Part shown: positions 9,980-19,706 of the stretch, one piece after another
Layout: every line of letters starts with the position of its first letter
Numbering within the stretch: the stretch's first letter is position 1
DNA from: a bacterium
GTDB lineage: Bacteria > Margulisbacteria > WOR-1 > O2-12-FULL-45-9 > XYB2-FULL-48-7
Direction of reading: 5' to 3'
NCBI GenBank assembly: GCA_043812655.1
Contig: JBDRLW010000030.1
Location: 1-64,000, forward strand
DNA length: 64,000 bases
Position numbers and translations under genes: made by a program
The notes under the pieces: model-generated
The model's input: the letters and a program-made list of their open reading frames with translations, nothing else
Databases searched by the model: none
What the model was told of the DNA's origin: nothing

Positions 9980-10832
9980 TATAGATTGAATCTCTTGTTT
10001 TTTTGGCTTTCTCTAGCTCCATCGTGATCTTTTGTGCTTCCCCTTCCTTGATCGTCTTTTCTAAATTCGAAAAAGCTTTTTTAAACGCGCTGATCATTTT
10101 GAGAACTGCTTTTTTATTGGTCATAAACATGTCAACCCCTAAAACTGAGTCACCCGAAGCGATCCTGGTCGTATCGCGGAAACCAGAAGAAGCACATTTT
10201 GCCATCATATCTTTTTCCGGTTGGTCGGCAATCGCATTAACTAGCGCCGCCGCAATTGCCAGCGGCATATGACTTATCGCCGCGACTACCAAATCGTGTG
10301 TCTTTAGATCCATCTCAAGCACCTCTCCCCCTAACAAGCCAACCAACTTACCAACCTCCCCCCTAGCTCTTGCGCTCGTCTTCGATGTCTTGGTCAATAT
10401 CCACTTCTTTCCTTTGAATAGATCAGCCTCCGCCGCTTCAAGTTTTGTGGTCTCTTTCCCCGCCATCGGGTGGCCACCAACAAAATACGTCCCCTTCGGC
10501 ATTAATTTTTCCGCCTGGGAAACAATTTCCGCTTTTGAACTCCCAACATCTGTCACGACCGCTCCTTTTTTAAGGCTGGGAATAATATCTTTAATGATCG
10601 GCAAAATTAAATTGATCGGTGTGCAGATAAAGATTATATCGGCATCAATTACACCCTTAATATGGTCGGTCGTCCCCTCATCGATCGCGCCCATTTGGAT
10701 TGCTTGTTGGATCGTTTCTTCTCTTCGTGGAATCCCAATGAGTCTGGAGTCGGGAGTTCGGAGTTCGGAGTTTTTTAAACCTAACCCGATCGATCCGCCG
10801 ATTAAACCGAGGCCAATTATTGCTATTCTCAT
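9960..10832 (-). CDS. tyrA: Prephenate/arogenate dehydrogenase
   Basis: GLGLIGGS, DVGSSK, GGHPMAG, SGFRDTTRIA. Confidence 0.95.
   Translation of the reverse strand: MRIAIIGLGLIGGSIGLGLKNSELRTPDSRLIGIPRREETIQQAIQMGAIDEGTTDHIKGVIDADIIFICTPINLILPIIKDIIPSLKKGAVVTDVGSSKAEIVSQAEKLMPKGTYFVGGHPMAGKETTKLEAAEADLFKGKKWILTKTSKTSARARGEVGKLVGLLGGEVLEMDLKTHDLVVAAISHMPLAIAAALVNAIADQPEKDMMAKCASSGFRDTTRIASGDSVLGVDMFMTNKKAVLKMISAFKKAFSNLEKTIKEGEAQKITMELEKAKKTRDSIYNAKANN
10740..10774. repeat. Heptamer tandem repeat inside tyrA
   Basis: GAGTCTG GAGTCGG GAGTTCG GAGTTCG GAGTTTT. Confidence 0.88.
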
Positions 10833-12007
10833 ATCTTCCCCCCCAGAAATTCTCCAAGTAATTTATACCCGTCTTTGATTTTCAACTTTGACTTTTTAAT
10901 CGCCCTTTCATTATAAGCTATTCCCCTACTCCCTATCCCGCTATTCCCTTTATCATAAACCACAAACGGCACATCATCCCTCGTATGCGTCATATATTTG
11001 ATCGGCGTTGGATGGTCGGGGAGGACGAGGAGGCGAGTAATGGGTAATGGGTAATGCGTAATGCGTAAAAGGATTGTACCGACGACTAGTCGATCAAAAT
11101 CTTCGATCGCTTTGATTTTTTTCTTGACGTCGCCTTCGTGACCAGCTTCGTCGGGAGCTTCGACGTGGAGGAAAACAACGTCATTTCGCTTTAATGCTCT
11201 AATGGCGTATTCAGCTTTGCCTTTATAATTTGTATCAAGGTAACCTGTCGCGCCCGGAACGTTAATAACTTCCATCCCCAAAATCTTTCCCAACCCTTTA
11301 AGTAAATGAACAGCAGTAATAACTGCCGCTTTCTTGCCGTATTTTTGTTTAAAAGCTTGAAGCTTCGGCCTTTTTCCTTGTCCCCACGGCCAGATCATCG
11401 TCGCTTTGGTTTTTATGTCGTGGCAAAGGACTTCACTCTCATTCATTAATTGCAAAAGCAGGTTCGATTTCGGCAGATAACTATTTATTTTCTTTCCAGT
11501 AATGTCATGGGGTGGAATTGTTAAAACTTTTTCCAACCCCTTTTCCTCTTTTTCACCGATCACTAAAAGATTGCGATAGCTTAACCCGGGATAAAATTTT
11601 ATTTTGCTGTTCCCGATCCCGCTATTGAGTTTCTTGAAAACTCTCGCGGCTTCAGCGGTCGCAATATGACCGGCGGTAAAATCTTTCATCTTACCGCCAG
11701 CAATCGTGATCAAATTACAGCGAAACGCGATCTCATCAGGCCTTAATTTAACTCCCAGGCTCGCCGCTTCGAGCGGTCCCCTGCCGGTATAAGCAGTTTT
11801 AGGGTTGTAGCCAAAAATACTGGTCGCCGCGACGTCAGAGCCCGGCTCCATTCCTACCGGAACATTATTCGTCCAGCCGCAGGTCCCGTTTTGGGCGAGG
11901 AAATCAAGGTTTGGCGTCTTAGCGGCTTCAAGCGGAGTTTTGCCGCCAAGTTGTTTTAGCGGAAGATCTGACATCCCGTCGCCAATTAAGACTATATACT
12001 TGGTCAT
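10829..12007 (-). CDS. apgM: Cofactor-independent phosphoglycerate mutase family (ApgM-like)
   Basis: GDGMSD, PGSDVA, GRGPLEA, HVEAPDEAGH, PDHPTP. Confidence 0.9.
   Translation of the reverse strand: MTKYIVLIGDGMSDLPLKQLGGKTPLEAAKTPNLDFLAQNGTCGWTNNVPVGMEPGSDVAATSIFGYNPKTAYTGRGPLEAASLGVKLRPDEIAFRCNLITIAGGKMKDFTAGHIATAEAARVFKKLNSGIGNSKIKFYPGLSYRNLLVIGEKEEKGLEKVLTIPPHDITGKKINSYLPKSNLLLQLMNESEVLCHDIKTKATMIWPWGQGKRPKLQAFKQKYGKKAAVITAVHLLKGLGKILGMEVINVPGATGYLDTNYKGKAEYAIRALKRNDVVFLHVEAPDEAGHEGDVKKKIKAIEDFDRLVVGTILLRITHYPLPITRLLVLPDHPTPIKYMTHTRDDVPFVVYDKGNSGIGSRGIAYNERAIKKSKLKIKDGYKLLGEFLGGKI
11035..11069. repeat. Heptamer tandem repeat inside apgM
   Basis: GAGTAAT GGGTAAT GGGTAAT GCGTAAT GCGTAAA. 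Confidence 0.9.
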
Positions 12008-12369
12008 TGTGATATTTGTGGTAAGGTAACTTTGGGTATTTTAACTTTGGGGACGGTGACTTCTGGTGTCGGCATAGAGATTATCTTATCTTTAATGAAT
12101 TTATCTACAACCGGGGCGCTTTTCTCAACCGCCGGGTAACCCCACTTTATCAGATAGACCGATAACTTAACAAAATAAGAATTCTTAAGTGTTTTATGGG
12201 CAGGCTCGGGAAGCGGAGCGTCAATGAGCAAGCGGGTAATGATCCCAAAAATCACCAAAAAGACAACAACCATCAACCCGGTCCTCACCATTTTTGAAGG
12301 TCCGCCGGCTCCCTTCATAATATAGAAGACGATTACCGCCGCGACAATAATGTCTATAATATTTAGCAT
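12004..12369 (-). CDS. Hypothetical membrane protein (CvpA-like N-terminus)
   Basis: MLNIIDIIV start, two TM helices, next to purE. Confidence 0.6.
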   Translation of the reverse strand: MLNIIDIIVAAVIVFYIMKGAGGPSKMVRTGLMVVVFLVIFGIITRLLIDAPLPEPAHKTLKNSYFVKLSVYLIKWGYPAVEKSAPVVDKFIKDKIISMPTPEVTVPKVKIPKVTLPQISQ

Positions 12370-12384
12370 TAGCTTTCCCACTCG

Positions 12385-12410
12385 GAACCGCGACTTTCAG
12401 TCGCAGGTTC
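12385..12410. repeat. REP-like bulged palindrome
   Basis: GAACC GCGACT TTC AGTCGC A GGTTC. Confidence 0.75.
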
Positions 12411-12416
12411 AGAAAT

Positions 12417-12875
12417 TTAACCTTTTCTCTGTTCTTCCTTCAACTTCTTCAACTTGGAACTAAGTTCCGGATATTTTAATGCTAATATTTCGGCGGTTAA
12501 GATCGCCGCGTTCTTTGCCCCATCGATCGCCACGCAGGCGACTGGAATCCCTGGCGGCATTTGGACAATGGAAAAGAGCGCGTCGTGGCCGGCGAGTCCG
12601 GCAGAATGGATTGGAATACCAATGACTGGCAGGGTTGTGTGCGCCGCAACAACACCAGGCAGTGCCGCCGCCATTCCAGCCGCAGCAATTATCAGGTCAT
12701 ATTTTTCTTCGGCTGTTTTGGCGTAGGTTTCAACATTTTCCGGGGTTCTGTGGGCAGAAGCAACCGTAACTTCGTAGTCGATCCCAAATTCTTTTAGCTG
12801 TTTCTCCGCTTTCTCGATCACCGGCAGATCAGATTTACTGCCGATTATAATGCCAACAGTCGGGTTCTTCATCAT
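12417..12875 (-). CDS. purE: N5-CAIR mutase
   Basis: [21 protein letters not shown]. Confidence 0.97.
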   Translation of the reverse strand: MMKNPTVGIIIGSKSDLPVIEKAEKQLKEFGIDYEVTVASAHRTPENVETYAKTAEEKYDLIIAAAGMAAALPGVVAAHTTLPVIGIPIHSAGLAGHDALFSIVQMPPGIPVACVAIDGAKNAAILTAEILALKYPELSSKLKKLKEEQRKG

Positions 12876-12885
12876 GAACTCTCCT

Positions 12886-14118
12886 TTAAGGCGTAACAGT
12901 CATGATCTTGCGGGCCTGATCGGGATACTTCGCCACAAAGAGCAATTCCGCCCTGGTTAAAGGCTTTTGCGTGTGGACGTTCGCATAGCGCACCAATTCC
13001 AACACTTTTTCCGCTTCTTTATCATCTTTAAACTCAACTTCAAGCTTCCCAAAAACATTACGGAACCCTTTGATACCGCTATATTCGCCAACCGTTATTA
13101 ACCGGCCGGTTTCAACCAGCTCCGGTTCCCCGCGGCCCAGCTCTTCATAATCGTAGAGCTCATAATTCCTACGGTCTTTGAGCGCTCCGTCGGCATGGAT
13201 CCCCGATTCGTGGGCAAAAGCGTTTGGCCCAACGCCAACCTGGTTAACCGGAATAGGAATATTAAAAGCGTAGGAAGCGTAATTGGCGATCTGCCACGCT
13301 TTATTTAGCTTTGCTTCTTCTGGAAATAATTTTTTTTCGCGGAGGCCGCTGGCGTACTTTAGCGCCAGCAAAACCGACAACAAGTCGGCATTGCCGGCCC
13401 TTTCACCAACACCGTTGACCGTTGTATTGATGTAAGCATCTTGTCCCCCATCGACCGCCCCTTTAGCCCCCAAAACCGAACAAGCCACCGCCAGACCAAG
13501 GTCATTATGGCAATGGAGCTCGATCGGCATTTTAACTTCCTTCGCCAAGGTTTTTATTCTCTCATAAATGGTCATCGGATCATCAGCCCCTAAGGTATCG
13601 CAATAGCGTAAGCGTTTGGCGCCGTGATCTTTGGCCGCGTTCCCATATTTTATCAGGTAATCCATCTCGGTCCTCGACGCGTCTTCAGCGTTAACGCCAA
13701 CCGTTTCCGCTCCCAGCTTGTAGGCAGTATCGACCGCTTCGGTCATGCTGCCGATAACTTTATCCTCTGAAAGCTTACCCATGAATTTATTTTCCAGCAT
13801 AATACTGGAAGTCGAGATCGAAAGGTTAAGGTGCTTAATCTTAGGTGTTAATTTAAAAGAAAGCTCAACGTCTTTTTTGATCGCCCGCGCCCAGCCTTCG
13901 AGCTTCATCGGAGCTAATGCCCCCATTTCTGCTAATTCAAGGTTGGCATTAAGATAGTTGGTTTCGTGGTGGGTAAAAGGAAAGCCAAATTCCGATTGGT
14001 ATACGCCCATTTCATTCAAATACATGTTAATGATCGTCTTTTCCAGTTTGGCCAAGCCGATCCGCGAGGTTTGCACCCCATCCCGATTAGTTACGTCAAT
14101 AATATGTACTTTTGGCAT
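12886..14118 (-). CDS. Homocitrate synthase / Re-citrate synthase family (DRE-TIM)
   Basis: DVTNRDGVQ, HCHNDLG, GERAGNA, HESGIH; ATG 14118 has GGAGG SD. Confidence 0.85.
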   Translation of the reverse strand: MPKVHIIDVTNRDGVQTSRIGLAKLEKTIINMYLNEMGVYQSEFGFPFTHHETNYLNANLELAEMGALAPMKLEGWARAIKKDVELSFKLTPKIKHLNLSISTSSIMLENKFMGKLSEDKVIGSMTEAVDTAYKLGAETVGVNAEDASRTEMDYLIKYGNAAKDHGAKRLRYCDTLGADDPMTIYERIKTLAKEVKMPIELHCHNDLGLAVACSVLGAKGAVDGGQDAYINTTVNGVGERAGNADLLSVLLALKYASGLREKKLFPEEAKLNKAWQIANYASYAFNIPIPVNQVGVGPNAFAHESGIHADGALKDRRNYELYDYEELGRGEPELVETGRLITVGEYSGIKGFRNVFGKLEVEFKDDKEAEKVLELVRYANVHTQKPLTRAELLFVAKYPDQARKIMTVTP

Positions 14119-14199
14119 TTTTCTCCTCCGCTTGAAGCTATGTAATTTATTATAACTTAATTTTTTGTCCCGCACAAGACGTGATATACTATCCCTATC

Positions 14200-15030
14200 A
14201 TGCGTAAAATCGTTGGGATTATCGGTCATCCGCTGGGACACACGATCTCACCCGCCATGCACAACGCCGCCTATAAAAAATTGGGGCTTGATTACGAATA
14301 TATTCCTTTTGATCTTTCTCCTTCCGACCTAGCCGATGCGATTCCTGGCCTTCGCGCGCTCCATATGGCCGGTTTTAACGTTACGATTCCGCACAAAGAA
14401 GCGATCCTCTCTCTGATTGATGAAGTAACTGACCTGGCTAAAGTGATCGGTGCGGTCAATACCGTTAAAAACCAAGACGGGCGGCTGATCGGCTACAATA
14501 CTGATGGCCCGGGCTTTATCGATTCATTAAAAGAAGACGCTGGATTTGACCCAAAAGGGAAAAACGCTGTCGTTTTAGGCGCTGGTGGCGCCAGCCGAGC
14601 AGTTTCAACCGTCTTGGCCGAAAACAAAGTTAAAACCCTTTTTATTTCTGATGTCGCTAAAGAGAAAGCTGCTAACTTGGCGGAATATTTAGCCGACTAC
14701 TTTGGCATCAAATGCACGTCAGGAGAAATTGATCAGAAGATCATTGATCAAGCAGGCCTTCTGGTAAACACCACGCCAGTTGGCATGCATCCGAATGACA
14801 ACGCCTCTCCTCTGCCAAAAAGCATCTCCTTGAAAAAAGTGGGGCTGGTTTACGATCTGGTTTATAATCCCCTCGAAACAAAATTATTGAAAGACGCAAA
14901 AGCCGCGGGCTGCAAAACTTGTTCCGGATTAGGAATGTTGGTTAGGCAAGGGGCGCTCGCTTTTTCGATCTTTACCGGCGAAGAACCGCCGATCGAAGTG
15001 ATGTGGGAGGCGGCAAGGCGTGGCAAATGA
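14200..15030 (+). CDS. aroE: Shikimate dehydrogenase
   Basis: SPAMHN, NVTIPHK, GAVNT, NTDG, GAGGA. Confidence 0.96.
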   Translation: MRKIVGIIGHPLGHTISPAMHNAAYKKLGLDYEYIPFDLSPSDLADAIPGLRALHMAGFNVTIPHKEAILSLIDEVTDLAKVIGAVNTVKNQDGRLIGYNTDGPGFIDSLKEDAGFDPKGKNAVVLGAGGASRAVSTVLAENKVKTLFISDVAKEKAANLAEYLADYFGIKCTSGEIDQKIIDQAGLLVNTTPVGMHPNDNASPLPKSISLKKVGLVYDLVYNPLETKLLKDAKAAGCKTCSGLGMLVRQGALAFSIFTGEEPPIEVMWEAARRGK

Positions 15031-15048
15031 ATTGCTTTTCCATAATAT

Positions 15049-16029
15049 ATGGAAAATGGGACTCCTTCTTCTCTTTTAGACGACATCTTTCAAAAAGCGA
15101 TCGAATTAAAAGCCTCTGATATTCATCTCGAACCGCGCGAAGAGTATTTACGCGTCCGTTTTCGGGTGGATGGGCTCTTAAGCGACAACCCGCCGATCCA
15201 AAAAGTAAAACAAGCTGCTTTAATCTCGAGAGCCAAAGTGTTAGTTAATCTCGACATCGCCGAATCTCGCCTTCCTCAAGATGGCAGGACAACGCTAAAG
15301 CTTGGCAAACAGCAGATCGACCTGCGCGTTTCGACCATCCCAACCATCCACGGTGAAAAAGTGGTCATCCGATTGTTAAACCGCAAGCACATCCATTTAA
15401 CTCTCGATAGTTTGGGGATGGAAGAAAACGACCTTAAGGCTTACCGTACAATTATTTCCAAGAAAACCGGGATCGTCTTAGTTACTGGACCAACAGGGTC
15501 TGGTAAAACAACTACGCTCTACGCCACACTTTCGGAGTTAAATTCTAAAGAGGTGAACATAGTCACAATTGAAGATCCTGTCGAATATCAGCTTCCTGGC
15601 ATCAACCAAATCCCGATCAATCTTAAGTCAGGGCTCACCTTCGCTCGCGGTCTCCGCTCCATTTTGCGCCAAGACCCAGATATTATTATGATCGGTGAGA
15701 TCCGTGACCTGGAAACAGCTAAAATTGCTATTCAAGCCGCGCTTACTGGACACTTAGTTTTCTCAACACTGCATACCAACGATGCACCATCTGCCGTTAC
15801 TCGCTTAATTGAAATGGGCATTGAAAAATATTTGATCAACGCGACATTATGCGGCGTGGTCGCCCAGCGGTTGGTCAGGATCCAAACTCCTCAAGGCCTA
15901 AAAGGACGGACTGGATTATATGAAGTCATGCCCAAAGATAAACCGCTCAAAACATTAGCCGAGGCAGGCAGGGAAAAGATCGCTCAAGGGATCACTACTC
16001 CAGAGGAAGTTGCCCGGGTTCTAAGTTGA
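15049..16029 (+). CDS. GspE/PulE/ComGA-family assembly ATPase (minimal form)
   Basis: [36 protein letters not shown]. Confidence 0.92.
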   Translation: MENGTPSSLLDDIFQKAIELKASDIHLEPREEYLRVRFRVDGLLSDNPPIQKVKQAALISRAKVLVNLDIAESRLPQDGRTTLKLGKQQIDLRVSTIPTIHGEKVVIRLLNRKHIHLTLDSLGMEENDLKAYRTIISKKTGIVLVTGPTGSGKTTTLYATLSELNSKEVNIVTIEDPVEYQLPGINQIPINLKSGLTFARGLRSILRQDPDIIMIGEIRDLETAKIAIQAALTGHLVFSTLHTNDAPSAVTRLIEMGIEKYLINATLCGVVAQRLVRIQTPQGLKGRTGLYEVMPKDKPLKTLAEAGREKIAQGITTPEEVARVLS

Positions 16030-16237
16030 ATAGGGTTTTCGCTAAACTTCTTATCTTCTCAAAAACATTTTTTACTACAAAGAAAGGACTAATTCGGTAA
16101 CAGCCCCGGCACAAGCCAAAGCGCAGCTTCGGCGCTGAGCAAATCTCATCGTTATAAAACACACACTTGCGGCAGGGGCGGCCAATTAACTTGATCTGGC
16201 TTAAGCTATCTATGTCATTGATTTTTGTTATGTTCAT
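15995..16237 (-). CDS. Small Cys-rich hypothetical protein
   Basis: CxxC-x7-C-x9-CxxC; ATG overlaps end of upstream ORF. Confidence 0.5.
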   Translation of the reverse strand: MNITKINDIDSLSQIKLIGRPCRKCVFYNDEICSAPKLRFGLCRGCYRISPFFVVKNVFEKIRSLAKTLFNLEPGQLPLE

Positions 16238-17594
16238 CTCGCCCTTTTTGTTTCGACAAATAATTATCCGCCGCCTCTTTGAATCTCCCAACCTCAACCA
16301 ACCAAGATTTTACGCTAACGATAGAATCGCCCTTTCCATCTTTTAAATATTTTTCAACGATTCCCAGCATTCCATTCTCAAAAGATAATAGACAGGCTGG
16401 TTCAATTTGCTCCGTCTCAACCAGGAGATTTATCGTTTCGATCAGGCTAGCCAACAACTGCTTTTCCCCTCTATCTCCCCCCACCCAAAAGTCAAAGGCC
16501 GGCTTATTAACCGGTGAATGGATCTTTAAAACTTCCGGATTTTCCTTCGCCGCTCCCTGACAAACTATTTTTCCTCGCACCCTTCCTAGCACCATTCTAA
16601 AACAAGCCAACCTTACCCCCTCTGAGCTTTGTATCAATAGCTCATTGCCATCAAGCCTTTGTCTCTGTCCCGGGATCATTGACTTTCGATCGATCGGTTG
16701 GCCGTAAACATTGGTTCCTCTTCTAAGATCATTCTGGCTTATTTCGTGGCTTATGCTAAAAGGCTGAACATCAAAAAATACCTGCCCATGGCGGCAAGGC
16801 AGAATATAAAACGTTAACGGGGAGGGAACTCCCATCGCCTGAGTTAATATTGTATTTACCGCTGGCAGTAAATTTGACCTATCGATATCTTCCGGTTTGA
16901 CATGCGGGGCTAAAACTAGAGGGTCTCCTTCTTTTTCAAAAAAACCTTTTAAGTTATAGTAAATATGATCCCTAATTCCTATCGCTTCGCCTAAAAGGGC
17001 TTTCTCACTTTCTGAAATAGCCAAGGAACCTAGCTTATTATATTTTTCCTGTTTGAGCACCTCATTCATTATTACAGCTAATAGGTCGTTTTGAGCTATC
17101 GGTCTTGTGTCAACCATTCCCCTATCAGCAATATTATTAGCATGTTCAATGCCTGTCCTAACGATTCTTTTTGAATAATCTCTTAAATATTTCAAAGGCC
17201 GGTCAATACCAAGCGCTGATAATGCCAAAAAATACTTAAGTCCTCTCTCGCTTAAAGCAAGTCCATTATTCGCGCATTTTACTTCTAAGTGCTGGACTAA
17301 AGCGGCTCGAAACATCCTTTTGGTTTTTTCTGGCAAGCATTCGATTTCACTCATGTTAACTAATGAAGAGATAAGCCTTTCCCTCGTGTGAGGAGAAAGG
17401 TGTTTGTCCTTTATTGTTTTGAGCAACGACCTAAAATTCCATCTTCCTAAATCTCGAGTCCCTAATTTAGATAAAAGTTCTATCAGTTCACGTTCGGCCG
17501 AATAAGCCTTAGTTGCCGGTTGCTCCAGCAATCTTGGAGTTATAGTTCGAACCCTGTTCCGCCAGCTAACTTTTTGGGGATACATTGCTTTCAT
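16215..17594 (-). CDS. Hypothetical protein (orphan-like, about 459 aa)
   Basis: Long AT-richer ORF with no recognised motif; ATG 17594 lies just downstream of the conserved promoter motif. Confidence 0.75.
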   Translation of the reverse strand: MKAMYPQKVSWRNRVRTITPRLLEQPATKAYSAERELIELLSKLGTRDLGRWNFRSLLKTIKDKHLSPHTRERLISSLVNMSEIECLPEKTKRMFRAALVQHLEVKCANNGLALSERGLKYFLALSALGIDRPLKYLRDYSKRIVRTGIEHANNIADRGMVDTRPIAQNDLLAVIMNEVLKQEKYNKLGSLAISESEKALLGEAIGIRDHIYYNLKGFFEKEGDPLVLAPHVKPEDIDRSNLLPAVNTILTQAMGVPSPLTFYILPCRHGQVFFDVQPFSISHEISQNDLRRGTNVYGQPIDRKSMIPGQRQRLDGNELLIQSSEGVRLACFRMVLGRVRGKIVCQGAAKENPEVLKIHSPVNKPAFDFWVGGDRGEKQLLASLIETINLLVETEQIEPACLLSFENGMLGIVEKYLKDGKGDSIVSVKSWLVEVGRFKEAADNYLSKQKGRDEHNKNQ

Positions 17595-17601
17595 ATGTTT
17601 A

Positions 17602-17631
17602 TTTTTCGTCACTTATCTTCTTAAATTTCAC
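17602..17631 (-). promoter_or_regulatory. Sigma28-like promoter motif
   Basis: GTGAAATTT-N14-CGAAAAA. Confidence 0.5.
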
Positions 17632-17653
17632 TGATTTTGGTATACTGGTAGGC

Positions 17654-18361
17654 ATGATAATCTTCAGGGGCTTGCATTCTATTTTCTTATATTCCCTTAC
17701 TATTATAAGCTTTTTTGTTGGCTCGACCTTGACCCTTACCTGTTCTCTTTTTGTTAAGGATAAAATAAAGCTTTACCAGACAGCGGCCAGCCTATGGGCC
17801 AGGTTTCTTTTGCTTTTTTCCGGTTCAAAGATCATCCTGGTTGGCCAAGATAATTTACCGGCCGGGACGCCTTGCATTGTTGTGGCCAACCATCAGGGAG
17901 CGGCTGATATCCCTATTCTTCTGGCGTATCTTCCGGTCCGCTTCCGGTTTGCCATCAAAAAAGAACTTTTTGGGATCCCTGTCTTTGGGTGGTATCTGCG
18001 CCAAGCCGGCTATTTTTCAGTTGATCGGGAATCTTTCCGCTCGGCCTATAAAACGATCGAGGTCATTATCGGGATCTTAAAGACGGGAAAATCAGTTTTA
18101 GTTTTCCCGGAAGGGACCAGGAGTAAAGATGGAACACTTGGTAAATTCAAAAGAGGGAGCCTAATGGCAGCCCTAAAATCGGGCGCCCCAATTATTCCGG
18201 TCGCGATCTCGGGAAGTTACAATGTTCTGCCGCGGGGGACATATTTAATTAATCCGACAAAGATCAAGCTTTCGATCGGCAAGCCGATCTACATTAAGAA
18301 CGAAGCGGAGTATGACGCCAAGGTCGAAGAAACTCGTAGCGCTATTGAGCGGATGATGTAA
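17654..18361 (+). CDS. plsC: 1-acyl-sn-glycerol-3-phosphate acyltransferase
   Basis: NHQGAAD, FPEGTRS; ATG 17654 chosen after TGnTATACT. Confidence 0.92.
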   Translation: MIIFRGLHSIFLYSLTIISFFVGSTLTLTCSLFVKDKIKLYQTAASLWARFLLLFSGSKIILVGQDNLPAGTPCIVVANHQGAADIPILLAYLPVRFRFAIKKELFGIPVFGWYLRQAGYFSVDRESFRSAYKTIEVIIGILKTGKSVLVFPEGTRSKDGTLGKFKRGSLMAALKSGAPIIPVAISGSYNVLPRGTYLINPTKIKLSIGKPIYIKNEAEYDAKVEETRSAIERMM

Positions 18362-19706
18362 AGGCATCTTTAAGTAATGCCACTCCAATCAAGTTGATCT
18401 TCCCTTTTTTCAGTTCTTTTAGGTTTCCTTGAGGCAAAATTATTTCATTAAAACCTAGTTTTTCTGCTTCTTTAACCCGCTGTTCAACTCGTTGAACCGA
18501 ACGGATCTCGCCAGCCAGCCCAACCTCGCCGATGACCACTGTTTTGTGGCTTTGCGGTTTATTTTTATAGCCGGAAATGATCGCCATCGCAATGGCCAGA
18601 TCGATCGCCGGCTCATCAGCTTGTATCCCGCCAGCCGCGTTAACGTAAACATCCATGCTTGATAATTTTAAACCAAGATGACGTTCCAAAACCGCGATAA
18701 TAATTGATACGCGGCTAAAATCAACTCCTGTAACTTTCCTCGTCGGATAAGCCATCTTGGTTGGCGCGACCAGCGCCTGGATCTCAACCAAAAGCGGCCG
18801 CGTCCCTTCAATTGTCGCCGCCACAACTGAGCCAGCGGCATTGTCCGGCCGCTCCGATAAAAATATTTCCGATGGATTGGTCACTTGGACCAACCCTTTT
18901 TCTTTCATTTCAAAGATGCCGACCTCATTCGTCGAGCCAAACCGGTTTTTCGTCGCTCGCAAAAGCCGGTATTGTTTATGCTGTTCACCTTCAAAGGAGA
19001 GAACCGTATCAACAATGTGTTCTAAAATGCGAGGACCAGCGACTGCCCCGTCTTTGGTTACATGGCCAACAATGAAGATCGGGATTCCCAAGGTTTTTGC
19101 AATTTGCACAAGATACGCGGCGCACTCCCTGACCTGCGAAACCGAACTGGGCGCCGACGATACATCGTCACGATATAACGTTTGGATCGAATCGATCACT
19201 ACAAAGCTCGGTTTAACTTCATCTATTCCTTTTTCGATCGCAAACAAGTTTGTTTCCGGCAGTAAAATTAAATTCTTTGATAATGTCCCTAATCTTTCCG
19301 CCCGCAGCCTGATCTGTTTGGCTGATTCCTCGCCAGAAACATAGAGAACCTTTTCTTTTGTCGCTAACGCTTCCGCCGCCTGGAGCATCATCGTCGATTT
19401 TCCGATCCCCGGCTCACCAGCAACCAAAACGACCGACCCAGCCACCACTCCCCCACCCAACACCCGATCAAGTTCAGCTATCCCGGTAGCGCTTCTCTCT
19501 TCTGCCCTAAAATCCACTTCCGTGATCGGCGTAGCGGTTTGATTATTTGTATTTTTAGGTTTTGGTATTGTTTGTGATTTGGATTTTGGAGCTTGGAGCT
19601 CTTCTTTTAAAGTGTTCCATTCATTGCAAGCAGAACACTGCCCCGACCATCTCGGAAATTCATTTCCGCAAGCAGAGCAAAAAAAACTTGTTTCGGCTTT
19701 TGGCAT
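18342..19706 (-). CDS. radA: DNA repair protein RadA/Sms
   Basis: C4 zinc finger, GEPGIGKS, KNRFG, Lon-like C-terminus. Confidence 0.98.
   Translation of the reverse strand: MPKAETSFFCSACGNEFPRWSGQCSACNEWNTLKEELQAPKSKSQTIPKPKNTNNQTATPITEVDFRAEERSATGIAELDRVLGGGVVAGSVVLVAGEPGIGKSTMMLQAAEALATKEKVLYVSGEESAKQIRLRAERLGTLSKNLILLPETNLFAIEKGIDEVKPSFVVIDSIQTLYRDDVSSAPSSVSQVRECAAYLVQIAKTLGIPIFIVGHVTKDGAVAGPRILEHIVDTVLSFEGEQHKQYRLLRATKNRFGSTNEVGIFEMKEKGLVQVTNPSEIFLSERPDNAAGSVVAATIEGTRPLLVEIQALVAPTKMAYPTRKVTGVDFSRVSIIIAVLERHLGLKLSSMDVYVNAAGGIQADEPAIDLAIAMAIISGYKNKPQSHKTVVIGEVGLAGEIRSVQRVEQRVKEAEKLGFNEIILPQGNLKELKKGKINLIGVALLKDAFTSSAQ
19538..19600. repeat. Degenerate heptamer repeat in radA linker
   Basis: ...TGTGATT TGGATTT TGGAGCT TGGAGCT. 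Confidence 0.65.

Noticed and set aside
14119..14241. N-terminal extensions in the ORF track (also 17585, 34819, 55495, 58036, 58726)
   Set aside because: They overlap divergent genes or promoters; downstream starts have an SD or -10 element and match family N-termini.
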